DNA of 64,000 bases from an uncultured Mycoplasma sp. Its GTDB lineage: Bacteria; Bacillota_I; Bacilli_A; Mycoplasmatales; Hepatoplasmataceae. Both the position numbers and the translations under genes were made by a program. The notes beneath the pieces are model-generated. The model did no database searches, was not told where the DNA came from, and saw only the letters and a program-made list of their open reading frames with translations. The stretch is taken from contig CAYUKZ010000002.1 of assembly GCA_964445515.1 (NCBI GenBank), forward strand, positions 18,655-82,654, given 5' to 3'. Shown in pieces: positions 1-10,834 of this stretch; position 1 is the first letter of the stretch, and every line of letters starts with the position of its first letter.

Positions 1-238
1 TGATTCAGGTAGAACAGCCATTAAACTTACAAAAGTTTTAGAGGCATATTCACCTAAATCAATTACAATAGCAGCATTATATGGTAAACCAAAAAGAGAA
101 AGAACAGATTATGAAGAAATATTTGCTTGAGAAGAAGATCCTAACGGATTCTTACTAGGCTTTGGATTGGATTATGATGAAAAATACAGGAACCTACCTT
201 ATATTGCTATAATGGAAGTTCCGGAGGAAGAAAAATAA
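1..238 (+). CDS. hpt: hypoxanthine/guanine phosphoribosyltransferase, C-terminal part (5' end outside window)
   Basis: Frame starting at nt 2 reads DSGRTAIKL...KPKRE...[31 protein letters not shown], ending TAA 236-238. This is the PRPP-loop DSGRT and the GxGLDYxExYRNLPYI tail typical of 6-oxopurine PRTases. One in-frame TGA. Confidence 0.8.
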
Positions 239-240
239 TT

Positions 241-2409
241 ATGAATACGGAAAAAAGAATTTGAATTGATAATAATGGTCAAAACCAAAACAATTCAAAC
301 GACAATCAAAATAATCCTTCAGGTGCAAACACTCCAACACCTAAGAAGTCTAGTGCTTCTAAATGAATATGAACAATATTAATTTTCATTTTAATCATTA
401 TACTTTTCTCAATGTTATTCTCAACAAAAATATTCGGAATGACATCAGCAACATTTGAGAAATTCTTAAATGACCCAACATGAATTCAAAAAGTTCAAAT
501 AACTGATAAAAGTGGTGCAGTTAACCTAAAGCAAATGCAATTAGGATTCTATGTTACTTCAGCAGGTCCAGTACTAACATTCGTTGGTCACTCTGCTAAT
601 TCAGGAAAAGGTTCTATAACTTATAGAGTATGATTTGATTCATTCTCAGATTATGATACATTTATGTCAGCTAATGAAGCAGGACTACTTTCATTATTCG
701 GACCAAACTTTGTTATTACTGAAATAAGTAATACAGTTAGTCCATTCTGACAATTAGTATTTGGTTTATTACCATGAGTTATCTTACTAGGTGGAACATA
801 TTGAATCATGATGCTTATGATGAAGAAACAAGGTTCAATGGGACAAATGAACTCAGGTTCATTAGTGCCTCAAAGATCAAACATCAAGTTTGATGATGTT
901 GCAGGTTACGATGAAGTTAAGGCTGAACTATGAGAAATTGTAGATTTCCTTAAAAATCCAGAGAAATATAATGCAGTGGGAGCAAGAACTCCTAAAGGAG
1001 TATTACTATCAGGTCCTCCAGGAACTGGTAAAACATTCTTTGCTAAAGCTGTAGCTGGAGAAGCAAACATTCCATTCTATTCAATTTCAGGTTCTGACTT
1101 TGTAGAGATGTTCGTTGGAGTAGGAGCTAAAAGAGTAAGAGAATTATTCGGAGTAGCTAAACAAACAGCACCAGCATTAATATTCATTGATGAGCTTGAC
1201 GCTGTTGGTAGACAACGTGGAGCCGGAATGGGTGGAGGACATGACGAAAGAGAACAAACTCTTAACCAAATGTTAGTTGAAATGGATGGTTTTGCAGCAA
1301 ACACAGGAATTGTTGTTATGGCTGCTACAAATAGACCTGACGTTTTAGACCCAGCTTTAAAAAGACCAGGTAGATTTGATAGATCTATTGAATTTAGAAT
1401 GCCAGATATTCTTGAAAGAAAAGCAATTCTTGAAATCTATGCAAAACAAGGTGGTAAGAAATTTGCTGCTGATGTTGATTGAGATAATGTCGCAGGAAGA
1501 ACTCCAGGGTTCTCTGCTGCTCAATTAGAAAACGTTGTTAATGAAGCGGCAATCTTATCTATAAGATTAAAGAGAAAAGAAATTTCTCTAGATATTATTG
1601 ATGAAGCTATTGATAGAGTAATCGGTGGACCATCTAAATCAAATAACTTAATGTCTCAAGAAGAGAAAGAGTTAATTGCTTACCATGAAGCAGGTCATGC
1701 ACTTATTGGTCTTGCTTTACCTGAAGGTGAGAAAGTACAAAAGATTACAATTATCCCTAGAGGACAAGCTGGTGGTTATGTATTAATGACACCTAAGAAA
1801 GAAAAATTTGTACAAACAAAAGCTGAACTTGAAGCTAAGATATCTTCATACATGGCTGGTAGAGCTGCTGAAGAAATTTACTTCGGTAAAGAAAATGTAA
1901 CAACAGGTGCATATTCAGATATTGAATCAGCAACTCAAATAGCTAGAAGAATGGTTACTGAGTTCGGAATGTCAGATCTTGGACCAATCCAATATGAAAA
2001 ACCTCAAGGAAGTATTTTCTTAGGTAGAGATTATGGAAATTCATCTAAGAACTATTCTGGACAGTTAGCTGTTGAAATTGATGGTGAAGTAAGAAAGTTA
2101 ATTGATGGCGGTTATAAACAAGCAATGACATTAATTAAAGCTAATAGAAACATTATGGATTTATTAGCAGAGTCACTTCTAATCAAAGAAACACTTACAG
2201 CAGAAGAAGCAGAGTTTATTTATGAAAATAAAAAACTTCCTGAACAAGTTCAAACAATGAAGAAACAATCATCTTCTAAACCTAAAACAACTAAGTCTAC
2301 AAAGACAACAAGTAAAACAACAACAAAAACTACAGCTAAGTCAACAACAAAAACTACACCAAAGAAAACTACAAAACCTAAAGTAGAAGACAAAGCTTTA
2401 AATAAATAA
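241..2409 (+). CDS. ftsH: ATP-dependent zinc metalloprotease FtsH
   Basis: Track ORFs 976-1482 and 1651-2409, plus the 241-975 segment, share one frame with only TGA interruptions (checked codon by codon). Two N-terminal hydrophobic segments, Walker A GPPGTGKT, Walker B LIFIDELD, zinc site HEAGHA. RBS GGAGGAAG before ATG 241. K/T-rich C-terminal tail. Confidence 0.95.
2266..2409 (+). repeat. low-complexity K/T-rich tail coding region of ftsH
   Basis: Encodes [38 protein letters not shown]. Imperfect ACAACAAAAACTACA-type nucleotide reiterations. Confidence 0.7.
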
Positions 2410-2414
2410 TAGAC

Positions 2415-2444
2415 ACAAACACTGAATTTCAGTGTTTGTTTTTA
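2415..2444 (+). terminator. rho-independent terminator after ftsH
   Basis: ACAAACACTGA-ATT-TCAGTGTTTGT followed by T5. Confidence 0.8.
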
Positions 2445-2491
2445 TTAGGATTTTAATACTCAATTTAATTAAGGTATAATTAATATAAATT

Positions 2492-3565
2492 ATGAAAGCA
2501 TTATTCCCTGGATCATTTGATCCTATTCACAATGGACATGTAGAAGTTATTAAAGCAGCCGCTGAGAAATTTGAGCGTCTGTATATTTTTGTTGCTTCTA
2601 ATGAGACTAAAAACCACGTTAGAACATTAAAGTTTAGAACTCAACTAGTTCAAAAAGTTATTGACTCATTAGAGTTAGATAATGTTATTGTAATTCAACA
2701 ACAACCTGGGACATTAACTCCAAAGGTTGCTGAAAAACTAGATGTTGAAGTTATAGTAAGAGGAATAAGAGGATATGAAAATAAAGAGGAGAAGAATTAT
2801 GAAGCTTCTCTTGCTGAATCATATTTAGATGTTAATCCAAAACTTTCATTCGAATACTTCATCGTTGAATATCTTAACATTTCTTCATCAGAGGTAAATG
2901 AAGCTATAAAGAAATTTAACTCTATCAAAGAAATGGTTCCTGAGGTAGTAGAAAAAGATATTTTATTAGAATGTTTTGAACCAAGTAAAAAGAAAAAAGG
3001 TAAATTAGTAATTTTCTGTGGCCCTTCAGGTTCAGGTAAAGGAACAGTATCAAAAGAATTCTTATCAATACCTGAATTTGACTTCCATTTTTCAGTTTCT
3101 GCAACAACTAGAGAAATGAGAGAAGGAGAAGTTGATGGAGTTCACTATTTCTTCTTGACAAAAGAAGAATTTGAATTGTGAATTCAAGAAGATAAGTTTT
3201 ATGAATATGCAGAATTTGCTGGAAACTACTATGGGACACCTATAGCACCAGTAATGAAGATGTTAGAAAAAGGACAAAACGTTTTCCTTGAAATAGAATA
3301 CCAAGGAGTAGAACAACTAATTAAAAAAGCACCAGATGCTTTAACTATATTCTTGTCTCCTCCTTCAATAGAAGAGTTAGAAAGAAGATTAATTGAAAGA
3401 GGAACAGAAACTGAGCAGTCTTTAAAAGAAAGAGTAGAAACTGCAAGGCATGAAATCAAACTAGCAGATGACAAATACTTATTTAAGTATAAAGTAGTTA
3501 ATGAAAATGTTAGTGAAGCCGCAAATGAGATAATTGAAATATTAAGGAGAGAACTATATGTATAA
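2492..3565 (+). CDS. gmk: fusion protein: phosphopantetheine adenylyltransferase-like (CoaD) domain + guanylate kinase
   Basis: One 357-codon frame with a single in-frame TGA at 3179-3181. The N-half [12 protein letters not shown]...VRGIRG...ISSSEV matches CoaD landmarks (PGTFDPITNGH, RGLR, ISSS). The C-half [10 protein letters not shown]...SATTR...[12 protein letters not shown]...ERGTE is guanylate kinase. No start codon or RBS at the junction. Confidence 0.8.
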
Positions 3566-4298
3566 ATTAGAGTATCATGGCGCTACTGAAACAGGTAGAA
3601 GACCAGAAAATCAAGATAATTTTATAATTTTCAAAAACAACTATAAGTTTTTAATAGCAGTTGTTGCTGATGGAATGGGTGGACACAAAGGTGGATCAAC
3701 TGCATCTAAGGCAGTAGCAAGAATGGTTAAAAGAGAATTGAATAATGTTGACTTTGGTGGTAAAACTGAAGATGAAATTAAAAAATTCTTATTAACAACT
3801 GTTAGAGTATTCCAAAAAGACTTAAAAAGAATAGGTGAAGAGTTCCCGCAATATGCTGATATGGGTTCAACATTAAATATGAATGTATTTATTGGTGGAA
3901 GAATGTATACAGTTAATATTGGTGATTCAAGAACTCAATCATTTATCAAAAAGAACATTATAAAAATATCAGAAGATCATAATATGGCTACATTAGCAGA
4001 AAAAAATCCTAAGTATGCTCATTTCAAAGGTCAAACTAATATGTTAACTTCATCATTAGGTCCTAACAAGCAAACTACAGCAGATTTATTTGTTACAGAT
4101 TTAGCATTAAATAAAAAAGGTTATATATTAATGTCTTCTGATGGAGTTCATAATTCAATATCAGAACTATCTTGAATTAAAATATTAAAGTCTCCAACAA
4201 AATCACTTGAAGAGAAAGTAGAAAAGACAATTAGAACAGCATACGAGAATGGATCTAATGATAATATGACATTCATTCTAATAAGGTATGAGAGGTAA
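3558..4298 (+). CDS. PP2C-family Ser/Thr protein phosphatase
   Basis: Motifs RPENQDNF, VADGMGGHKGG, MSSDGV, NGSNDNMT. RBS AAGGAGAG. Start overlaps the end of the upstream gene. One in-frame TGA at 4176. Confidence 0.85.
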
Positions 4299-4300
4299 TC

Positions 4301-5323
4301 ATGAAATTAAGATGAGATCAATTAGAAGGTAAGAAAATAAAAGACAAAGGTGATGGTAAAGATAGATACATCATTAAGAACTCTATTGGTAAAGGTGGAG
4401 CTGGTAAAGTTTATCTAGCAAACGATAAGTTTGAGAATAGACTTGTTGCAATTAAGACTGCAGACCCAAATGCTACTATGTCAAGTTTTGATAAAAGATT
4501 CAAAATGGAAGCATCAATTTTATCAAAACTAAATTCTCCTTACATAATTTCATTCTATGACTACTTTGTTCAAGATGGAATTCAAATGATAGTGATGGAA
4601 TATGTCGAGGGTGTGTCTCTTGAACAAAAACTAAAGAAAGAAAAGAGAATTTCTAAAGATGAAGCTTTAAAATTCACAAAACAATTATTAGAAGCTTTAG
4701 AAGAAGTTCATTCACACAAGGTTTACCATAGAGATATTAAACCTGATAACATTCATATTTCAGTTGAAGGTAATATTAAACTATTAGACTTCGGAATAAT
4801 ACAAGAGAAAATAGATCAAGACTTAACAAGACAAGGTTCTGTTATTGGAACAGTTTCTTATCTTGCTCCTGAGATTATTCTAAATCCAATGAAGAAAGCA
4901 AATCCAAGAACTGATATATATTCAGTAGGGATTATGATCTATGAGTTACTTACTGGAGTTAAACCATTCAATGCAGATGCTGGATTAATGGGTGCTGAGA
5001 AAAATAATAACTTAGCAAGAAAGATTGCTTATGAAAAAGCAATTCCACCATCAGAAGTTGATGGAAGCATTCCAGAAGAGTTATCACATTTCGTAATGAG
5101 ATTAATTGATAAAGATCCTGCTGATAGATATCAATCTACAAAAGAAGCTCTTGTTGATATAAACAGAGTTATTGGTGGAGAGAAGATTAATAATCTTCAA
5201 GGATACTACAGTGGTGAAGCAAAAGAATACTCAATGAAAAAACAAATCATTGTTTTATCAACAATTGCAACAGTATTCTTATTATTCTTCATATTTGGAA
5301 TACTTTTATGAATGATTCTTTAA
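4301..5323 (+). CDS. prkC: Hanks-type Ser/Thr protein kinase (PrkC-like, no extracellular domain)
   Basis: Motifs GKGGAGKVY, VAIK, HRDIKPDNI, DFG, SYLAPE. A single hydrophobic helix sits at the extreme C-terminus (LSTIATVFLLFFIFGILLWMIL*). Start is 2 nt after the phosphatase stop. Confidence 0.85.
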
Positions 5324-5325
5324 TA

Positions 5326-5348
5326 AAAAGACCAATAGGTCTTTTTTT
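5326..5348 (+). terminator. rho-independent terminator after the kinase gene
   Basis: AAAAGACC-AATA-GGTCTTTT followed by a T-run. Confidence 0.7.
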
Positions 5349-5399
5349 ATTCTTTCTATATGTATAATTACTTTATAGATATAATTATTTGGAGATAAA

Positions 5400-6692
5400 A
5401 TGATAGATAGATATTCAACAGACAGAATGACAAAAATATGATCAGAACAAAACAAATTTGACACATACTTAAAAGTAGAGATTGCCTCAACTAGAGCATG
5501 AGTTAAAGAAGGTATTGTTTCTGAAGAAGAGTTAAAAGCAATAGAAGAGAAAGCTTATGTTAACTTAGATAGATTGAAAGAGATAGAAGCGGAAACTAAA
5601 CATGATGTTATTGCTTTTACTAGAGCTATCTCTGAAACATTAGGTGAAGAGAAGAAATGAATTCATTATGGACTTACTTCAACTGATGTTGTTGATACTG
5701 CATATTCTGTTCAACTAAAAGAAGCTAATAATTATATAAAAGAAAGTCTTAAAGCTTTTTCTGATACATTAAAAGCTAAAGCTGATAAATATAAAGACAC
5801 ACCAGTAATGGGTAGAACTCATGGAGTTCATGCTGAAGTAACATCATTAGGATTAAAGTTTGCTTTATGATATGATGAAATGCAAAGAAATATTGAAAGA
5901 TTCAATAAAGCTTCATCAATGATAGAGGCTGGTAAAATATCAGGAGCTGTAGGTAATTTTGCAAATACTCCAGCTCATATTCAAGATATCATTTGTGAAG
6001 AACTTGGTATCACATCAACAAATATATCAACACAAACTTTACAAAGAGATAGACACGCAGAATATATTTCTACAATAGCAATAATCGGAACAACATTAGA
6101 AAAGATTGCTACAGAAATAAGAAATTCTCAAAGAACTGAAGTTAGAGAAATGATGGAATACTTTGATAAGAATCAAAAAGGTTCTTCAGCAATGCCACAT
6201 AAGAGAAATCCGATTGCTTCAGAAAATATTTGTGGAATAGCAAGAGTATTAAGAGGATATGTTATCCCAGCAATGGAAAATAATTCATTATGATATGAAA
6301 GAGATATATCTCATTCATCAGTAGAGAGAATTATTATCCCTGATGCAACTTCATTAATTGATTATGCTTTAAATAGATTCAATAAAGTTGTAGAAAAATT
6401 AATAATAGATGAAGAACAAATGATGAATAATATAAATCTTACACAAGGAGTTATATTTTCGCAAAGAGTATTATCTACATTAATAGAAAAAGGAATGTCT
6501 AGAGAAGAATCATATGATTTAGTTCAACCTCTTGCTATAAAAGCTTGAGAAGAGAAGACACCTTTTATAAACTTGTTAACATCTAATGAGAAAATAACAA
6601 GTTTAATAAATGAAGAAGAGTTAAAATCATTATTTGATGTTAACTATTTCTTAAAAGAAGTAAATAAAATATACGAAAGAGTTTTTAAATAA
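5400..6692 (+). CDS. purB: adenylosuccinate lyase
   Basis: Continuous frame with TGA=Trp. Motifs GRTHGVHAE and the fumarate-lyase signature [20 protein letters not shown] before the ATG. Confidence 0.9.
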
Positions 6693-6695
6693 AAT

Positions 6696-7394
6696 ATGCA
6701 CAGGTTTTTTATTCTAAATAAACAATCAGAACCAGAAAATAGAATCATTCCAACAAATGATCTATTTCATCAACTTAAAAAGGTTATTAGGATAAGAGAT
6801 AATGAAAAATTTATCTGTATATATGAAAACCTTGAACTAGAATGTGTATTAGATGGAGAAGAATTTAAAGTTTTAACTTCGAAAACATTTGAAATAAATA
6901 AAAACAGAAAATTAACTCTAATACAAGGTATACCAACAAATAAAAAAGTATCGATGATACTACAAAAAGCAACTGAATTAGATGTAGATGAAATAATATT
7001 ATGACAATCAAAAAGATCTACTTCAAAAATAGAAGACTTCAGTAAAAAAGAAGAAAGATTAAATAAAATAATCATTGAAGCTTGTGAGCAAACAAGGAGA
7101 AATGATATTCCTTCATTAAAGTTTATTGAAAGTATTGAAGAAATATCATTTGATGAAACATCAACAATAACTTTATATGAAAATGAGCAAGACTCATCGA
7201 TAAAAGAATTCATAAACACAAAACAATATAATAATATTCAAATAATAATCGGTCCAGAAGGCGGATTTGAAGAAGCAGAAGTTGAGTATTTAAAAAACAA
7301 AGGCTCATATATAGCGACATTCGGAAAAAATATATTAAGAACAGAAACAGCAGCCATTGCTGCACTATCCATAATAGGATATGAGGTAAAATAA
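6696..7394 (+). CDS. rsmE: 16S rRNA (uracil1498-N3)-methyltransferase RsmE family
   Basis: MHRFF start, central LIQGIPTNKK, C-terminal IIIGPEGGFEEAEV...GKNILRTETAAIAAL typical of RsmE. One in-frame TGA at 7002. Confidence 0.8.
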
Positions 7395-7395
7395 A

Positions 7396-8217
7396 ATGTT
7401 ATCAAATAAAAAATTATCAAAAGAACTACTAAAGAAACATAGACATCAGGAAATTATAGTTACAGGATCAAGATTCTTCACAGCTCTTGAGCTTTTAGGT
7501 TTTTGATTACATATCTTAGCTTTTGTTATTGGTATATTTACAATATTTGGTGTTGCAATTAACTACATGAGTGATTTCACACATTATCTAGAGATAATAA
7601 CAATCTTCATAGTTGGATTAATTATTGTTCAGTTCCTAACTTTCCCATTTATGGAAAGAGTATACTTAAGAGCACTATTAAATGACTTCTGAGGAGAAAA
7701 TCAAATAGCAACTTCACTTATGTATCCAACAGAAGTTGATATTACAAATAACTTCGGAACTGTAACAAAGAACTTTGAATCTTTCCAAATAGAAACAACT
7801 AAGATTCAATGAACAGTTGTTAGATGATTCCCTTTTAAAAAGGTAATGTCAATTCAACAAGTTTCACCAATTACTTCAAAAAGGTGAAAGAGATATCAAG
7901 ATAAAGATAAAACTCTTAATACCGCCATTATTCCATCATATATTATTATTGATAGAAAGCAAAAGATGATTAAGTTCAATGCTAAAGTAGATATTCTTTA
8001 TACTAAATATGAATTCCCTGAAAAAAGAGTTGTGTTTGCATTCAACTATAAAAATAAGAAAGCCGTTTGATCAGGTAAGTTCCCTGAATATCCATTATAT
8101 GGTGAATGAATATGAGATAGAAAACTTGCTGACAAGATTGTTAAAAACAATGAAGGTAAAAAGAACGAACATAAAAAGAACAGTAAGGCTGTTTCAAAGA
8201 TAGTAAAAAGTAAATAA
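7396..8217 (+). CDS. hypothetical membrane protein (two predicted TM helices + ~170-aa basic C-terminal domain)
   Basis: 273-codon frame checked line by line, with only TGA interruptions. Hydrophobic stretches WLHILAFVIGIFTIFGVAI and IITIFIVGLIIVQFLTF. No recognisable motif. Confidence 0.6.
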
Positions 8218-8239
8218 AGAGGAAACTCTTTATTTTTTT
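8214..8239 (+). terminator. rho-independent terminator
   Basis: ATAAAGAG-GAAA-CTCTTTAT followed by T7. Overlaps the stop of the upstream gene. Confidence 0.7.
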
Positions 8240-8243
8240 ATTA

Positions 8244-8363
8244 TATAATATATATGGGCTTCAAAACCCAGTTGGAAAACCATTGTAAACCGATTCTATC
8301 AAGAATTTTAATAGACGCTTTATAATCGTGGACCTGTAACCTACTAAAGGTTACTTTTGTTTT
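8244..8363 (+). promoter_or_regulatory. putative promoter (TATAAT 8244-8249) plus ~100-nt relatively GC-rich leader ending in a weak terminator-like hairpin, upstream of rpmJ
   Basis: The -10 hexamer is followed by GGG at 8256. Small hairpins are GGG-N8-CCC and TGG-AAAA-CCA. GTAACC-TACTAAA-GGTTAC plus TTTTGTTTT at 8336-8363 lies 50 nt before the rpmJ ATG. Confidence 0.4.
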
Positions 8364-8413
8364 AATTATTAAAACAACAAATACATATAAATAATTAAGG
8401 AGATAAAAGAACT

Positions 8414-8527
8414 ATGAAAGTAAGAGCATCTGTAAAGCCAATGTGCAAAGATTGCCAAGTTATAAAAAGGAAAGGGAGAGTTACTGTTATTTGCAAAAAT
8501 CCAAAACACAAGCAAAGACAGGGATAA
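8414..8527 (+). CDS. rpmJ: 50S ribosomal protein L36
   Basis: [37 protein letters not shown] (37 aa, below the ORF-track cutoff). RBS AAGGAGA. Confidence 0.95.
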   Translation: MKVRASVKPMCKDCQVIKRKGRVTVICKNPKHKQRQG

Positions 8528-8536
8528 TAGAAGATT

Positions 8537-8902
8537 ATGGCTAGAGTATTAAATATAGAAATTCCAGATTCAAAAGCTATTAAATTCTCACTTACTTATA
8601 TTTATGGTATTGGAAGAACTACAGCTTCAGAAATTTGTGCTGAAGCAGGAGTTGAAGAAACTAAAAAAACTAAAGACCTAACTGACGATGAATTAACAAA
8701 GATCAGAGAGGCAGCTTCAAAATACACTACAGAAGGTGATTTAAGAAGAGAAGTACAATTTAACATTAAGAGATTAATGGAAATTAAAACTTATAGAGGA
8801 ATGAGACACAGAAGAGGGTTACCAGTTAGAGGACAATCTACTAAGCAAAATGCTAGAACTAGAAAAGGTCCTAAGAAGACTGTTGCTAACAAGAAGAAAT
8901 AG
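8537..8902 (+). CDS. rpsM: 30S ribosomal protein S13
   Basis: [10 protein letters not shown]...[10 protein letters not shown]...[24 protein letters not shown]. Confidence 0.95.
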   Translation: MARVLNIEIPDSKAIKFSLTYIYGIGRTTASEICAEAGVEETKKTKDLTDDELTKIREAASKYTTEGDLRREVQFNIKRLMEIKTYRGMRHRRGLPVRGQSTKQNARTRKGPKKTVANKKK

Positions 8903-8918
8903 GTAAAGGAGAATTATT

Positions 8919-9305
8919 ATGGCTAAACAAATATCAAGAAGAAAAAAAGCTAAAAAGAATATTCCTTCGGCTATTGCTCACATTCACTCAACATTTAACA
9001 ATACAATAGTTACTGTAACTGATATGAACGGAGATACAATTTGTTGATCATCAGCAGGAGCTATTGGATTCAAAGGTGCTAAAAAATCAACACCTTATGC
9101 TGCTCAATTAGTAGCACAATCAGTTGCTAAAGTAGCAAAAGACAATGGAGTTAAAACTTTAACAGTTAGAATCAAAGGATTCGGACCTGGTAAAGATGCA
9201 GCTTTAAGACAATTCCAAGCTTCAGAGTTTGAAATTGCAGAAATTAAAAATGTTACACCAATTCCACATAATGGTGTAAGAAAACCTAAAAAATTCAGAA
9301 GGTAA
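8919..9305 (+). CDS. rpsK: 30S ribosomal protein S11
   Basis: [40 protein letters not shown]...[25 protein letters not shown]. One in-frame TGA. Confidence 0.95.
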
Positions 9306-9320
9306 GGAGATACTTGTAAT

Positions 9321-10301
9321 ATGGAAAGATTTTTAAAACCAGTATTTTCAGAAATTATTTCTGAAGATTTAGCACCAAATCAATCTAAATTCACAATTGA
9401 GAAATTAGAAAGAGGATTTGGTAACACAATAGGGACAGCAATGAGAAGAACTATCTTATCATCAATCCCTTCAGTTGCACCATTCGCAATTGAATTAAAA
9501 GGAGCTTCACATGAGTTCCAGGGAATTGCAAATGTTTCAGAAGATGTGGCTGAAATTATATTAAACTTAAAAGAATTAGTTATCAAAGCTGATAACGTAT
9601 TAATTGAACCAGATGTAGTATACACTGCTAAATTAGTTTCAACTGATGGAGTAGTTAAAGCTGGTGACTTCGAAATGCCAACAGGTTTAGAAGTAATAAA
9701 CAAAGACTTAGTTATTGCTAATACTACAAAAGATAAAGCAATTGACTTAAAACTATACATGAGATTATCTAAAGGATTCAGAACATTTGAAGAAAATAGA
9801 GGAATCATCTCAGATGAATTAGGAGCTAACAAGCAAATCATTCCTATGGATTCAAACTTCTCACCAGTTGTAACAGTTAACTTTACAATTGAAGAAGTAA
9901 ACCCAGGGGAATCATATGTTTACGAAAGAGTAGTTCTTGATGTTATCACTAAAGGTAACATGGAAGCAGCTAAAGTAGTAGCTATGGCTGGAGCAATCTT
10001 AAGAAACCATTACATGGCTTTTGAAGACTTGCAAACAATTGACTTAACAAAAGTTGATGATATGTTCCAAGAAGAGCAAGTTGTTGAAGAAGATGATACA
10101 CAACTAGCAATGACTATTGAAGAACTTAACTTATCAGTAAGATCTCAAAATGGTTTAGAAAAAGCAGGGATTGAAACTGTTGGTGAATTAATCAATAGAC
10201 CATTCTCTGGATTAAAACAAATAGATAACTTAGGAGATAAGTCAGTTTCAGAAATAGTTGAAGCTATCCAAAACCTAGGATTATCATTTAAAACAGAATA
10301 G
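9321..10301 (+). CDS. rpoA: DNA-directed RNA polymerase subunit alpha
   Basis: 326-aa intact ORF. LERGFGNTIGTAMRR N-terminal domain and C-terminal LNLSVRSQNGLEKAGIETVGEL (alpha-CTD HhH). Confidence 0.95.
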   Translation: MERFLKPVFSEIISEDLAPNQSKFTIEKLERGFGNTIGTAMRRTILSSIPSVAPFAIELKGASHEFQGIANVSEDVAEIILNLKELVIKADNVLIEPDVVYTAKLVSTDGVVKAGDFEMPTGLEVINKDLVIANTTKDKAIDLKLYMRLSKGFRTFEENRGIISDELGANKQIIPMDSNFSPVVTVNFTIEEVNPGESYVYERVVLDVITKGNMEAAKVVAMAGAILRNHYMAFEDLQTIDLTKVDDMFQEEQVVEEDDTQLAMTIEELNLSVRSQNGLEKAGIETVGELINRPFSGLKQIDNLGDKSVSEIVEAIQNLGLSFKTE

Positions 10302-10312
10302 GCGAGGTAATT

Positions 10313-10687
10313 ATGGCTAAAAGATCAAGACAACAAAGACAATCTAACGTACATAACTCTGCAAGAAGAGTTAGAACAGAAAGAAACCAACTTACTGACC
10401 TAGTTATTCATGGACAATTAGTAACTACTCATGCAAAAGCTAAAGAGTTACAAAAGAAAATGGATAAACTAATTACTTGAGCTAAAAAAGATACTGTTCA
10501 AGCAAGAAGAGAAGTTGCCAAAGTTCTAAGACACGTTAACATTACTGAAAAACAAGACGCAGTTCAAAAATTATTTGCTGATATTGCACCAAAGTACAAA
10601 GAAAGAAATGGTGGATACACAAGAGTATTAAAATATGGGCACAGAAAAGGTGATGCTTCACCAATTTCAATAATTGCATTTGTTTAA
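10313..10687 (+). CDS. rplQ: 50S ribosomal protein L17
   Basis: ...LVIHGQLVTTHAKAKELQKKMDKLITWAK...ERNGGYTRVLKYGHRKGD. One in-frame TGA. Confidence 0.9.
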
Positions 10688-10693
10688 TAAACA

Positions 10694-10720
10694 AAAACAC
10701 CCTAAAAGGGGTGTTTTTTT
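10694..10720 (+). terminator. rho-independent terminator after rplQ
   Basis: ACACCC-TAAAAG-GGGTGT followed by T7. Confidence 0.8.
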
Positions 10721-10773
10721 AGTTAAATTTAGGAAAAATACTCAATTTATACTATTTTTCCATAAAATCCCCC

Positions 10774-10821
10774 ATATTCATAGCCTTTCCCAAAAAAAAA
10801 AAAAAAAAAAAAAATGAATAT
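10774..10821. promoter_or_regulatory. 8-nt inverted repeat ATATTCAT / ATGAATAT bracketing a C-rich block and the poly(A) tract
   Basis: ATATTCAT at 10774-10781 and its reverse complement ATGAATAT at 10814-10821. Between them lies AGCCTTTCCC plus the A-run. Confidence 0.5.
10792..10814 (+). repeat. homopolymeric poly(A) tract, 23 nt
   Basis: Counted directly as 9+10+4 A. It ends 20 nt upstream of TATAAT (10835-10840), so it occupies the -35/UP-element zone of the putative promoter of the surface-protein operon. No other homopolymer I noticed in the window exceeds about 8 nt. Confidence 0.95.
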
Positions 10822-10834
10822 CGAAAAAAAGTAT

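Noticed and set aside
8254-8325. 23-codon ORF (MGFKTQLENHCKPILSRILIDAL) in the rpmJ leader
   Set aside because: It has no RBS and is very short. It is more economically explained as part of a structured leader. It cannot be excluded as a leader peptide without conservation data.
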